The position numbers were made by a program, and so were the translations under genes. The notes under the pieces are model-generated. The model was not told where the DNA came from and searched no databases. It saw only the letters and a list, made by a program, of their open reading frames with translations. From a virus: 64,000 nt of DNA. The stretch spans positions 64,001 through 128,000 of IMG/VR virus record IMGVR_UViG_3300026097_000805; one strand, given 5' to 3'. Numbering within the stretch: the first letter of the stretch is position 1; every line of letters starts with the position of its first letter. Below are positions 39,001 through 46,976 of the stretch, piece by piece.

Positions 39001-41592
39001 TTCTAATATATTTGCTGCGCTATTATACCCGCCTATACTAGTGACTGCGGCACCTACATTTAGCGGTTTAGTATTGTCCAACAAATAATGATACCCAAAG
39101 AATCCTTGTACCTCTCCTACTTGGTTAATAAAAGGAGTACCTGTAGTTAAAAGTGTTATACCGTCAAATTCTTTATCTCTGTAAAAATAAGTATTTGCAA
39201 AGGAAGATTGTGATACTCTTCTTTTTGGACGTATAATTACACGTCTAAACTCGTCGCCTTTTAGTGAAACGTTCTTAGTAAGTTTTATTGGATAATCTTC
39301 TTCGTATATACCTGATTCTACTCGTATAACAACTTGCTTTGACTTTACAAAGTTGCCCATTTCAAGCTCTTCACCTGCTTCAAAGTCTTTGGCTTCTAGC
39401 GGTTGAAGATAAAAGGTAGTAGAACTAGTATCTTGTTCATATGTGATAATTCTACCTATTGCTCCTGACCTCTTGCCTACTATAACCTTGCCAGGCAAGG
39501 CATCTACGTTATCAGGATCTGTTTGATCTAAAATTCCACCTGTGCTATTTGTTATGTCAAGTTCATATCTATTACCAAATGCTATATCTGCACCTGCATC
39601 AATGCCGTTATTGATAATATTTCTAATCAATGCAAAGTTTTGTGTGACTGCTACATAACCGTTAGCAGAAGGAGCAATTCCAGATATACTAGTATCTTGG
39701 CTGAGCTTGTCTTGATATCTAAGTCCAATTTTTGCATTCCCATCATTTACAAATGTTGTAAATGCGCTATTATCGTATGGGGTTTCTAACGTTGAATCTG
39801 TAAATAATTCCAAAGTTCCAGAATCTATAACTTTTACAAACACAATTACATCTTCAATTTCGGTCATACCTGACACATCTTTGAAGATAACTTGATTGCT
39901 GTTTGACAATCCGTGTGCAGTACTGGTTGTCACACTTGCTGGAGTATCTCCTGACTTTTTAGTTATAGCTGTCACAGTCTTAGGATTTAAAACCGAATTT
40001 TGTAGAACTGCTTGAGCTATTTCTAGTGCCTTTGCAAAAGCCGCATCTGTTCTTGCTAACTGACTAGTGATAGCAATTCTTCCACTAACACTAGAATAAT
40101 ATCTTTCTGCTGCTGTTCTAGATAGATAGTTTGCAGTATTCCCGCGAGTAGCATCAAAGCTTACCGCATCTAGAACTAAACCAAGATCTCTTTCGCAAGT
40201 ATCTACATTATAGGAAAACGATGGATAAGTGTAAGCAAGGAAGCCAGTAATTTCTTTTATAATATATTCTCTATTATTTTGGATAATACTCCTAGTGTCA
40301 GTGTTAACCGGAGTTTCGACTGCTGCACTTACGACTGTAGATGCTGTACCTTCAGTTGTAGAAGTTGCACCAAAGCTTAGTGTTTGAAAATAAGGTCCTG
40401 GCTCTTCAGGTGCTGTGTTTATAAGTTCACTAGCTCGCTGTGCCGCTGCATTAATCGTTCTGTAAGCATAGGTTGCTGCTGAACCCTCTTTGCCTGCAGG
40501 AACTCCACTCATGGTGTCGTCGCCTGCTGTGCTAACAAACAGCACTTCTGGTGAACTATAAGCTGTGTTATCTACATAATATTTGGTAGCTGCTTGTAGG
40601 TCTTCTGATCCATTTGGTGTTCCTGCTCCTGCTAACTCTCCTGGATGGTCAGATAAAAATAGTGCGCCCTCCATTGTATCGCCTTGACGTCTAGTGACAC
40701 TCTCTCTAGGCATAGCAACATCCCTAAGGAAATTACCTGTCAGTGTTGCATCGTATCCTGCATCTGCAATTGTATGGGTATCATCAGCAGCAATAGAGCC
40801 GCTTACAATAATTTTAAATGGATCGGCTACACTATCACTTTCTGCTTGGGCTTTGGTTTGGTCACTAAAAAGTGAAAGTTCAGTATCTGATTCGTATCTT
40901 ATATAGTAGGTTGTACCCGAAGTTAGGCCTGTTGGATCTGTATCTTCAGCGTCGAAAACATATGCAGTGCCGTTTACGCCGCTATCAAATCCATGACCGC
41001 TTTCAAACACTAAATGACCACTACCATTATAACTGTCAATAGTAAGAGTGTACTGGCTCACACCGTCTGGTTCTGCTGCTACACGGATTGGAAGGCCGCT
41101 TGTCACATAACGTCTGTCTGCGTAGCCTTTAGTAATAACAAGATCATCAACTGTATATGTCGTGGAGCGTCCTTCCTGTGCCGACAAAGCTGCTGCTGCT
41201 GCTTCCGAAATATTAACACCCCCGATTGCAAAATTTGCCGCGCTCAAATGATTACCTAGTGTTGGAGCAGTATTATCCTGCACTATTTCAATTCCTGTGA
41301 CACTCAGATCTATTTCACCCGGAGTTGTGACAAGATCTACACCTATTGTACCGTCGCTCGAAGTAATACTAGAAAATATTACAGCATTACCTGTGCCGTT
41401 TGTAGTTAATATTTTATTAGCTTCAAATGCACTAGGGGTATCTCCTAAAGAAAGAAAACTTAAACTTCCTTCTACGCCAAATACAGCATAAATTTCTGTA
41501 AAGTTTTCGTTTACCTTTCGAAACGATTCGCGAATACTATCGCCTGTTCCGTCATTACCTTCAACGCCGATATCAATATCTTGTCTTGCCAT
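33049..41592 (-). CDS. Giant (2847 aa) tail fibre/baseplate structural protein
   Basis: NDGTGDSIRESFRKVNENF start; three repeats of an ITxxT...HxLSNG beta module; C-terminal YADLAEYYEAD chaperone/cleavage-type domain. Confidence 0.85.
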   Translation of the reverse strand: MARQDIDIGVEGNDGTGDSIRESFRKVNENFTEIYAVFGVEGSLSFLSLGDTPSAFEANKILTTNGTGNAVIFSSITSSDGTIGVDLVTTPGEIDLSVTGIEIVQDNTAPTLGNHLSAANFAIGGVNISEAAAAALSAQEGRSTTYTVDDLVITKGYADRRYVTSGLPIRVAAEPDGVSQYTLTIDSYNGSGHLVFESGHGFDSGVNGTAYVFDAEDTDPTGLTSGTTYYIRYESDTELSLFSDQTKAQAESDSVADPFKIIVSGSIAADDTHTIADAGYDATLTGNFLRDVAMPRESVTRRQGDTMEGALFLSDHPGELAGAGTPNGSEDLQAATKYYVDNTAYSSPEVLFVSTAGDDTMSGVPAGKEGSAATYAYRTINAAAQRASELINTAPEEPGPYFQTLSFGATSTTEGTASTVVSAAVETPVNTDTRSIIQNNREYIIKEITGFLAYTYPSFSYNVDTCERDLGLVLDAVSFDATRGNTANYLSRTAAERYYSSVSGRIAITSQLARTDAAFAKALEIAQAVLQNSVLNPKTVTAITKKSGDTPASVTTSTAHGLSNSNQVIFKDVSGMTEIEDVIVFVKVIDSGTLELFTDSTLETPYDNSAFTTFVNDGNAKIGLRYQDKLSQDTSISGIAPSANGYVAVTQNFALIRNIINNGIDAGADIAFGNRYELDITNSTGGILDQTDPDNVDALPGKVIVGKRSGAIGRIITYEQDTSSTTFYLQPLEAKDFEAGEELEMGNFVKSKQVVIRVESGIYEEDYPIKLTKNVSLKGDEFRRVIIRPKRRVSQSSFANTYFYRDKEFDGITLLTTGTPFINQVGEVQGFFGYHYLLDNTKPLNVGAAVTSIGGYNSAANILELNRSFIQTEVGEYVDATYPLLFSSESRTKCERDVGLIVDAIINDLERGGVEGVLEAQGEYYTGALTPGTEAETEDAINYISTLASDLLTGTAPSTIRGTVAVDLDGGVAEPTWAAGTNYAQGDFVKKTVGLDTFFYKAVSAHTSIAADEDLDPLSATYQKLTDTTKWQEVAGSVALVGELVDKVNFAFDADYNPPKRNDADGVDVFMMDDATIVRNVTVQGHGGFMCVLDPTGQILTKSPYIQTASSFSRSRNAQAFSGGMFVDAFAGNIPMRIKANSGNYTDSASTVALNAFTLYVESQDVGGEPQGLKLRLPELPAPFYFEGQRYQVNAISNYDSGTGRAVIYLDPGSNNGNGWNYTGSDDIGDPGHDANDVIQDIFLQTAGNRSILGNDFTQINDLGYGLVTTNGAFSEMVSMFTYYCHAAYYAANGSEIRSLNGSNGYGNFGLVAEGADPNEIPDEVLTLRNMVQPIKAFTYSGFTNASEDTSITVYDFKEPPMTNSFILIDHGGATGPLNYRISRIENLADPNNDGTIGAAGAVVATGIEAVDNTSITGSVPSGSATYTGVAQKSTSGSGIGAEFSVTISAGSASFAITNVGSGYTNSDTITISGADIGGVDGAGDLTIDVQTVYQNTPGTYIAASTQGNITAATQASPIEITSAGHNLSNGDRITITGVSGMVELNDNFYYVGDVTTNTFTLYSNQSQTSAVDGTVFTAYTSGGTWTKAGEIGNHVYRLTIQEAGSNIDFFADLQASVTHDTFIEYRQGENFIFTSVANPESITERPSTAVNFDESDLTTYRSTGFTQTDDQGLELGSDEVKATFDSGFDFEIITVDFGNVSTTDPDDGAKTLGGTIADTKIAVEPLDNVLTELRLVADATDATNQNILYPGDVGYSGGKIFAYQGKTFQIIDYDAVDQGNITSITQADPAVVVSASHNLSNGDSIEIRDVGGMTDLNTNTFFVGNVATNTFELYTDSGLTSGLDSSAYDAYTSGGRWIKSDSVWYIEIQDYQTDGADWDITGTSANNGIKTSFTSGRELFPALPAGSTAEITIAISLLRATGHDFTQIGTGGFNTSNYPNVLLGSPLGGSAAKAGSYSNADDATKAQVWERRKGRVFFISSDEDGFFRVGKYFVVDQSTGSVTFAGEVGISRAASLGFRDGVTINEFSNDELFTDLSDTAVPTEKAIANYVSRRLGHNGSIQLTGSARFAPGFMALDGSTKMEGNMNMNSRQIKNLLDPTDDNDATTKDYVVQATQAYDELDDIRNVVIHDRTGSGDEQKQVFVPTGYKRLTVEPTVGSIIAGDTLEDGSSTATVIAVETRFDYSLNQNVQIITYDLQSGAGFSTSLTPVYVTSPGTKAAAVLENPQDEFANAKEDSASDININVNRSSSDTTINLQIESQAIVNADVNNSAAIAQSKLNMNAATTRANATGIAQADLGLASFDSGDFTVTNGWVTLAANGVDLADLPAVDQYQLFGRTTSGNGSPEIDTYANVIDKGAGLADGDFAAERAYWSNPPTNTIPNDPGLALIQYGTAGAGDYAYTDIAYDNAGNSLVKRDITGAIHADSLIIGGDPSYTVLSEASAILTMTTPEQGTIFTSSGASKPTINTGGVVRIGDIPAYSESNFHQASTFGTVGGAGSTVETSALAARWIYSSFIEAPGEKDANSTGIGIGAGTGFSAGGADIVTFVAGGSVMARVTSSAVNTDTLAALTTNANLNLGANGTGQVFVSGTGALKLSVGTTAQRPGTAAGTTASQGMVRYNTTDSTFEGYDGSNWGSLGGVKDVDQDTYISAEDAPGDDNDQLRFYTAGVERLTIAAAGGVTVAGTDTLTVRTISTGLAATSGTITGNWSLSTGSRFEATYADLAEYYEADAEYNFGTVVVFGGEKEITQSIDHRSTRVAGVVSENPAYTMNQACPGIATPIALQGRVPCKVIGKVCKGDMLVASAIPGYAIVDNDPRVGTVIGKAVGEKLDTEKGIVEVVVGRV

Positions 41593-41604
41593 TTTATACT
41601 CCGG

Positions 41605-41961
41605 TTATACTGGTGTTGCCAGTTTATCTATATCAAAATTTACACTAACACCGCAGCCGCAACTGCTCTGCGCATTAGGATTTTTGATCTCAAAATTTGA
41701 TCCTATAATAGATTTGGTATAATCTATAGTTGATCCTGCTAGAAACATTAAACTATGTGCCCCTACTACAAACGAACCTGTATCACACTCGATTAAAAAA
41801 TCGTTTGCTTCTAGTTCGTCTACTTGTGCTGTACCCCATTCATATTCGAAGCCTGCACAGCCTCCTCCTTTGATATTAAGAGTGATTGCATAGCAATCAT
41901 GCTCTTGACACAGTTTGCTAATCTGATGGTTTGCTGAAGGAGTTATAGTAATTAGACTCAT
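41605..41961 (-). CDS. A-type Fe-S carrier (IscA/ErpA/HesB family)
   Basis: GGCAGFEY and NPNAQSSCGCGVS. Confidence 0.92.
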   Translation of the reverse strand: MSLITITPSANHQISKLCQEHDCYAITLNIKGGGCAGFEYEWGTAQVDELEANDFLIECDTGSFVVGAHSLMFLAGSTIDYTKSIIGSNFEIKNPNAQSSCGCGVSVNFDIDKLATPV

Positions 41962-42022
41962 ATTTTGTTCCTTTCTAATGTTATTTATCGGATGATTTTA
42001 TAATCTTAATGTAAATATAGTT

Positions 42023-42310
42023 ATGTACATAAAGGAATATATTATTAAGAAGCGATACGAACGTGTCAGTAAGTATGGTACGACGCATACTTACTACCGT
42101 GACTTAACTATGGTTGTTTTACGATGCGACAACTGCAATGCAGCATTTGAACGTTCGCGAGGAAGTATGGATCCTAAACGCCTGAGCAATAATTATTTTC
42201 ATGTGTGCGGAAATTGTGATGCAAAGAAGTTCGCGCAAAAGAAAGGAGTTGAACGTAAACAAATTTGGAATATGAGTGCTAGTTCAGATCTCCCTATTGG
42301 TAAATTATGA
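42023..42310 (+). CDS. Zn-ribbon protein
   Basis: CDNC and CGNC; ATG follows a TAAATA box. Confidence 0.7.
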   Translation: MYIKEYIIKKRYERVSKYGTTHTYYRDLTMVVLRCDNCNAAFERSRGSMDPKRLSNNYFHVCGNCDAKKFAQKKGVERKQIWNMSASSDLPIGKL

Positions 42311-42565
42311 TTGTTGTAGAAACTTCTTTTCGTATTCTTCAGCAGTATAACAGCCTCCGAAGAATACTAGTCCGTCTGCGCTAGCAAATTCAAATTCAAA
42401 ATTTTCATCTACTACGGTTGTATTTGTGCCATCGTCTGCTAATGCATTTACAAACTCTGCACATTCTTCGTGTGTAGCGTATAGTTTTTCGCTGATTTCG
42501 GGCCCTGTTCTTGCTGTAGGATTATTGATCCAAAAGGTAAAGAAAACTAGGGCAATAGTATTCAT
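42305..42565 (-). CDS. Small exported/membrane hypothetical protein
   Basis: Hydrophobic N-terminus and two Cys; ATGA overlap. Confidence 0.6.
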   Translation of the reverse strand: MNTIALVFFTFWINNPTARTGPEISEKLYATHEECAEFVNALADDGTNTTVVDENFEFEFASADGLVFFGGCYTAEEYEKKFLQQS

Positions 42566-42726
42566 TTTTCTTTCTTGAACAATGTCCAAGCACCATATGC
42601 AATTGCGCCGTATGCCACTAGGCTTGCAATCGGTTTAAAGATTAGAAACGCAACTCCTGCACCGATCAGTACAGCACCGTCAAGTGTAGTACGCTCGCTT
42701 AATCTGTCAATAATAAACTTTTTCAT
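42562..42726 (-). CDS. 54-aa two-TM membrane protein (not in ORF track)
   Basis: MKKFIIDRLSERTTLDGAVLIGAGVAFLIFKPIASLVAYGAIAYGAWTLFKKEK. Confidence 0.7.
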   Translation of the reverse strand: MKKFIIDRLSERTTLDGAVLIGAGVAFLIFKPIASLVAYGAIAYGAWTLFKKEK

Positions 42727-42896
42727 TGATACTTGGCTCCGTTTTTTGTGTTAGGACTTGTTTTCATAGATTTAGTTTTAGAAGGAAATTGAGTTGAACT
42801 TTTTACAGGAACATAAGTCATTCTTTGTCCTTTATCGTGGCGTATGCCTGTAATTTTATCCAAATTTAATCTTCCTGTATATCCTATTCTTGCCAT
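42723..42896 (-). CDS. 57-aa basic protein (not in ORF track)
   Basis: MARIGYTGRLNLDKITG...; GGAG SD and AAATAAATA upstream; ATGA overlap. Confidence 0.6.
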   Translation of the reverse strand: MARIGYTGRLNLDKITGIRHDKGQRMTYVPVKSSTQFPSKTKSMKTSPNTKNGAKYQ

Positions 42897-42953
42897 TTTT
42901 AAATCTCCTGCTAATTGTATTTATTTAAATAAGTTTCCTTAAGGAGAAAAAAT

Positions 42954-43220
42954 ATGTTTACATGGTTAAAGAAGCTATTTGGTTCAGACGTGCCTGACAC
43001 TCCTGTCATTGCACAAGCGCCAAAAGAAGAAGCAAAGTCGCATATTAGTAAAGTTGTAAAGGTAGAGCAAACTAAAAAACCTGCGACTAAAAAGGCAGCA
43101 AAAGTTGATTTGGATTCTATGAAGAAGAATGAATTACTTGCTCATGCTAAAGCAAAAGGTATTAAAGCTAATGCAAGCATGAATAAAGCTGCACTGCTCG
43201 AAGCAATTAAGAATGGTTAA
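42954..43220 (+). CDS. Protein with C-terminal Rho-N/HeH-like nucleic-acid-binding domain
   Basis: MKKNELLAHAKAKGIKANASMNKAALLEAI; AAGGAG SD. Confidence 0.7.
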   Translation: MFTWLKKLFGSDVPDTPVIAQAPKEEAKSHISKVVKVEQTKKPATKKAAKVDLDSMKKNELLAHAKAKGIKANASMNKAALLEAIKNG

Positions 43221-43494
43221 TACTATTCTGCAATTGATTTAATGCAGCATCTAAGCGAGTCAGCTTTCGCTCTAATACAGTGATAGCGGCTCGCTGTTTT
43301 TTTGACTGCTCTTCCAATGAACGTACATATTCAATTGTAGGAATCTTTTGAACACTACCATCTTCACCTAGCATCTCAAATGTGTCTACACCTTGCGCAC
43401 GTAATCCGCCTGCTACACGATTAGGATTTTTATCAGATGATGATTTGGTCTGGGCCTGCGGCTTTCTGCCGTACATTTGATTTAAGTAGCTCAT
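43207..43494 (-). CDS. Hypothetical coiled-coil protein
   Basis: KNPNRVAGGLRAQG; GGAAA SD. Confidence 0.7.
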   Translation of the reverse strand: MSYLNQMYGRKPQAQTKSSSDKNPNRVAGGLRAQGVDTFEMLGEDGSVQKIPTIEYVRSLEEQSKKQRAAITVLERKLTRLDAALNQLQNSINHS

Positions 43495-44557
43495 TGTCTT
43501 TTCCTTTGTAGTATTTATATAGCTCGATACTTGCTAAGTTCTTAGCCTTGCTCTCCGCCATAATGTCTGCGTACTCTAAAAACTCTAATGCCCAGTCATT
43601 GGCAGCATTGTTAGGATAATAATCACTATGCGCACGTAGTTTTGCTTTCTTGTATCCTTGTTCTAACAATGTAGGGAAGTCAGGTAAGGTATCTTTATCA
43701 ATATGTCCTACCCACTCCTCTCTACTATAGGAGTAATGAATCACAGGCCGCACACCACGCCACGAATCAATTACGCGAGAATATCTATCGTCGGTGGGGT
43801 AAATGTATTCATTCTCACGACACAAGTGGTGGTGGATATCGAGTACCAAAGCGCAGTCGTCGACGAGCTCAAGGCTGTGTTCGAGTCCCCACTTGTTTTC
43901 GTCGTTTTCGATTGTGATGATATTTCGCGCCTCAGGCGAGAGTTGTTTAAGTGCGTCCTTGATGCCTTGTGGACCTCTTCGACCCGATATATGGACATTG
44001 CATTTAAAGTCTTGAAATGTTTGTCCGTATCCCATCCAGCGCACGACATCGGTGTGATATTCAAATTCTTCTATGCTCCTCTCTACAATCTCGTCATTGT
44101 CACTTGCAAGAACTGTAAACTGGCCAGGATGCATAGACAAACGAACATCAAGCCTACGAGCAGTCTCGCCCACCTCGGCAAAATGTCTTTCACAATATGC
44201 TCTAACGTCTGGTAGTCTCCAGTAGTACCGCCAATCATGCTGAGTGTACACAGGCAACACATCGCTACCCAATCTAACCATTCGCAAATTTTGTGGTAAG
44301 CTACCAACATATTCAATCAACCTTTTGTAAGAAGCAATGTTATGCTCCATCAGTTCCCACAAGCGTTGCTCTGCATCTTCACGTGTTTGACGATTGAGCC
44401 ATTGCACTGTGGTACTGCGAGTATTTAGCGGTCGTTGAATTTCCTCTAATTGTTTCCTTGGTAGCGATTGATCTGGGTGCATGTACTTACATGCGAAGCC
44501 TATACGTGTAGTTTGTGCCTTCATAAAGTCGCCTGCTGTTGTAAATTTTAAATCCAT
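43433..44557 (-). CDS. uvsE: UV-damage endonuclease
   Basis: RIGFAC, RLSMHPGQF, ENDE, LVLDIHHH, HYS, AHSD, ESKAKN. Confidence 0.93.
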   Translation of the reverse strand: MDLKFTTAGDFMKAQTTRIGFACKYMHPDQSLPRKQLEEIQRPLNTRSTTVQWLNRQTREDAEQRLWELMEHNIASYKRLIEYVGSLPQNLRMVRLGSDVLPVYTQHDWRYYWRLPDVRAYCERHFAEVGETARRLDVRLSMHPGQFTVLASDNDEIVERSIEEFEYHTDVVRWMGYGQTFQDFKCNVHISGRRGPQGIKDALKQLSPEARNIITIENDENKWGLEHSLELVDDCALVLDIHHHLCRENEYIYPTDDRYSRVIDSWRGVRPVIHYSYSREEWVGHIDKDTLPDFPTLLEQGYKKAKLRAHSDYYPNNAANDWALEFLEYADIMAESKAKNLASIELYKYYKGKDNELLKSNVRQKAAGPDQIII

Positions 44558-44562
44558 AGTTT

Positions 44563-44591
44563 ATTATACTGCCCTTAGCGCCAATTGTCAA
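44563..44591 (-). promoter_or_regulatory. Consensus sigma70 promoter for uvsE
   Basis: TTGACA-17 nt-TATAAT. Confidence 0.85.
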
Positions 44592-45417
44592 TCACCCAAG
44601 GATCTTCACAATTGTGAGGATTAGGGTCACCATGGAACACACAAACACAACATTCGACTCTAGGAGTCACATTTTCAACAGTTTTAAGTTTACGACTGCC
44701 TTTGGTCCCGCCGGGAGCAAATTGACGATCTTTTCTTACTTCCCATTTCCAGCTTTGTATCCAGCTGTCCGGATAAAGCACGGGTGCTTTTTGTTTGAAG
44801 GTCGCGTCGTATAAGTAATCCTGATCACCAAAAAATTTGCGCTGTATTAATTTAGGGTCTTTGATATAATCTTCCCATACATGTTTTAACTGTCCTACTT
44901 CAAATCTTACCACACTGCTGTTATACTTGTGCCATTTAGGCCGCATAGCTCTAGTAAAGTCTCTAACAGTACACCATTGATCAGGATGATAAGTGAATAG
45001 TTTATCAATATTTGATGCAATGACTACATCTAAATCTAGATATAAAATAGTTCCTTTGATAGGTAAGTCTGTGCTAAACATATAAGGTTTACACCACCAG
45101 CCAGTTAGACCAGCTGGAAGTAAGATTATTTTTACATCTGGGTGTATGTCTTTTGAATCATCGGTCAAACAAACCATTTCAAAATCCAAACTACAATGGC
45201 GCTTTACGCCATTATATAATTTATTTACATAGTCTGCAGAATACTTCGAACCATGCTTAAGGCACATGACATATCGTTTTTCTTCCTTAGTTGTGCTCAC
45301 TACTTGCGAAGAAGGCAAAGTTTTTTCTAACTTTTGCTGTGCTTTATAAAGCTTTCGCTGTTCTTTAATTACTCGCCACTCTTCTTTAGAGTACTGACTC
45401 TTATCAATCTTAGCCAT
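44575..45417 (-). CDS. GT-A-type glycosyltransferase
   Basis: CLKHGSKYSADYV, CLTD, WWCKP, YLDLDVV, GDQDY, VFHGDPNP. Confidence 0.75.
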   Translation of the reverse strand: MAKIDKSQYSKEEWRVIKEQRKLYKAQQKLEKTLPSSQVVSTTKEEKRYVMCLKHGSKYSADYVNKLYNGVKRHCSLDFEMVCLTDDSKDIHPDVKIILLPAGLTGWWCKPYMFSTDLPIKGTILYLDLDVVIASNIDKLFTYHPDQWCTVRDFTRAMRPKWHKYNSSVVRFEVGQLKHVWEDYIKDPKLIQRKFFGDQDYLYDATFKQKAPVLYPDSWIQSWKWEVRKDRQFAPGGTKGSRKLKTVENVTPRVECCVCVFHGDPNPHNCEDPWVIDNWR

Positions 45418-45997
45418 TTATGCGTTTCATCAAATCCTTAGGTGATTCCCATACCCAACGAGGCTTTTGCGGAAGTGTTGATCCAAACTTTTGTAAGTAT
45501 TCAACAGCACTTGCTTGTGCTGTAGGACGATTAACTTCGCACATTGCATCGTTGCGTTCGTGTTCGTATACACGCACACGCTCTACATAACAACGACCGT
45601 CTGTGATAGCATGAATGTATGCGTTAACGTGTTCCCAAATAAACACACTACTCATTTCCATACTAACACCACTTGGCAATACACGAAGTGTACCTAACAG
45701 TCCACCATCATTAACCATTACATCCGGAATGTCTCCAATGCGTGGATCATCAGCTGGCAGTACAGTCACGTGATCGAAATAGTATTCTAAGAAATCTTTT
45801 ACTGCCTTCAATTTGCCAAACGGAACAATCCATCCATGTTCGTCGACATCACCTGCAAACGTAAATTCTACACTACGATCATAACCATGTACCTGCGCAC
45901 AGTGTCCTGGTGTGCCGTCATCGTTTGTATCAAAATGTTGTGCATGACCGCACGGTAAGTTCTTGTATACTTTTGTTGCTTTAATTTGTAAACCCAT
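45410..45997 (-). CDS. queD: 6-pyruvoyl-tetrahydropterin synthase family (QueD-like)
   Basis: CGHAQH, HCAQVHGY, FDH, SME, VRVYE. Confidence 0.8.
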   Translation of the reverse strand: MGLQIKATKVYKNLPCGHAQHFDTNDDGTPGHCAQVHGYDRSVEFTFAGDVDEHGWIVPFGKLKAVKDFLEYYFDHVTVLPADDPRIGDIPDVMVNDGGLLGTLRVLPSGVSMEMSSVFIWEHVNAYIHAITDGRCYVERVRVYEHERNDAMCEVNRPTAQASAVEYLQKFGSTLPQKPRWVWESPKDLMKRING

Positions 45998-46026
45998 CTC
46001 TTGCCTCCTGTGTTCGAGTAAGTTTG

Positions 46027-46066
46027 ATGCGCAGAGTATTTAAAGTGGGTTGAGCATTAGTCCACT
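46027..46066 (-). promoter_or_regulatory. Candidate H-type pseudoknot in the queD leader
   Basis: AGUGG/CCACU stem; loop AUGC can pair with downstream GCAU; sits at the predicted transcript 5' end. Confidence 0.35.
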
Positions 46067-46072
46067 GTGTAT

Positions 46073-46101
46073 ATACTACACGATATTACTTATCTTGTCA
46101 A
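46073..46101 (-). promoter_or_regulatory. Sigma70-type promoter with late-like box in the spacer
   Basis: TTGACA-17 nt-TAGTAT; GATAAGTA in the spacer. Confidence 0.7.
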
Positions 46102-46663
46102 GTATAACATTGTTGTATTTCCAGGCTTTAGGAAGCTGCCAGGTGTCTTCTTGATAAATTGTAAATTGTACTTTTGGAAAGCATTCAAACACTTTGCCTA
46201 TCTGATGTATCCAGTACCTTGGATCAACAGCTCTTTTATGCGAGTCGTCATAGTTAGGGGTGCTTTTATATATGTTATTTACAGTGTTTGTTTTACTATA
46301 CAAATCAAAACCTAACAATTTTACATTATGTTCTTTTTCTAGTTTTGCAGCTAGAAGAACAGCATATGGACCACTCCCCCAATTGAAAGGTTCGTCCCAA
46401 CGTTCACTACCAGCATATGGAAGATCGGGTACAATACGTATACGTTTATGACATTTAAAATTTTTATGCCATTCTTCTCTAGTATACACAAGACTGGTCG
46501 CATTAGTATTGCAATCAACAGCTTCTTGTACCATTCTCCTATCAACACATACCAAATAGTCAACTATAAAATCTCTTAGTATAGCGTTGCATCCTATCTT
46601 AAGGTCTTTAATTTTGTTGATGTCGACAGATTTACGGCTTTCGCCATTACCAATAACTAACAT
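46076..46663 (-). CDS. DUF115/MptE-like Rossmann protein
   Basis: VIGNGESR, GCNAI, LVCVD, LLGFD. Confidence 0.6.
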   Translation of the reverse strand: MLVIGNGESRKSVDINKIKDLKIGCNAILRDFIVDYLVCVDRRMVQEAVDCNTNATSLVYTREEWHKNFKCHKRIRIVPDLPYAGSERWDEPFNWGSGPYAVLLAAKLEKEHNVKLLGFDLYSKTNTVNNIYKSTPNYDDSHKRAVDPRYWIHQIGKVFECFPKVQFTIYQEDTWQLPKAWKYNNVILDKISNIV

Positions 46664-46667
46664 ACAG

Positions 46668-46976
46668 CTATTTATTGAGGTCGTCTCTTACCTTGCGTAA
46701 TTCTCTTTTAATTTCTTGAAAGTTATTAGAAGTTCTTTGCATAGCTTCAGCAAACAATCGAATGGTATCTACTGCCCACCACCACCATATGACGCTAATA
46801 ACAAAGAAAAATAAGCCACCTATTATTATAAGTTTATTTGCAAGTTGATCCATACCTAATGCATAAAGTAAAAATTCTGCTGCAAGCCATATCAAAGGCA
46901 CAGACCAAGCAAAATACTTCCAGATCTTTGACTGAAAGATTGCTCTCTCATATATTTTTTTATTTTCTTTATTCAT
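46668..46976 (-). CDS. Two-TM membrane protein
   Basis: Two hydrophobic helices and a WWWW patch. Confidence 0.7.
   Translation of the reverse strand: MNKENKKIYERAIFQSKIWKYFAWSVPLIWLAAEFLLYALGMDQLANKLIIIGGLFFFVISVIWWWWAVDTIRLFAEAMQRTSNNFQEIKRELRKVRDDLNK

Noticed and set aside
43703-44215. 170-aa plus-strand ORF
   Set aside because: Antisense shadow of uvsE.
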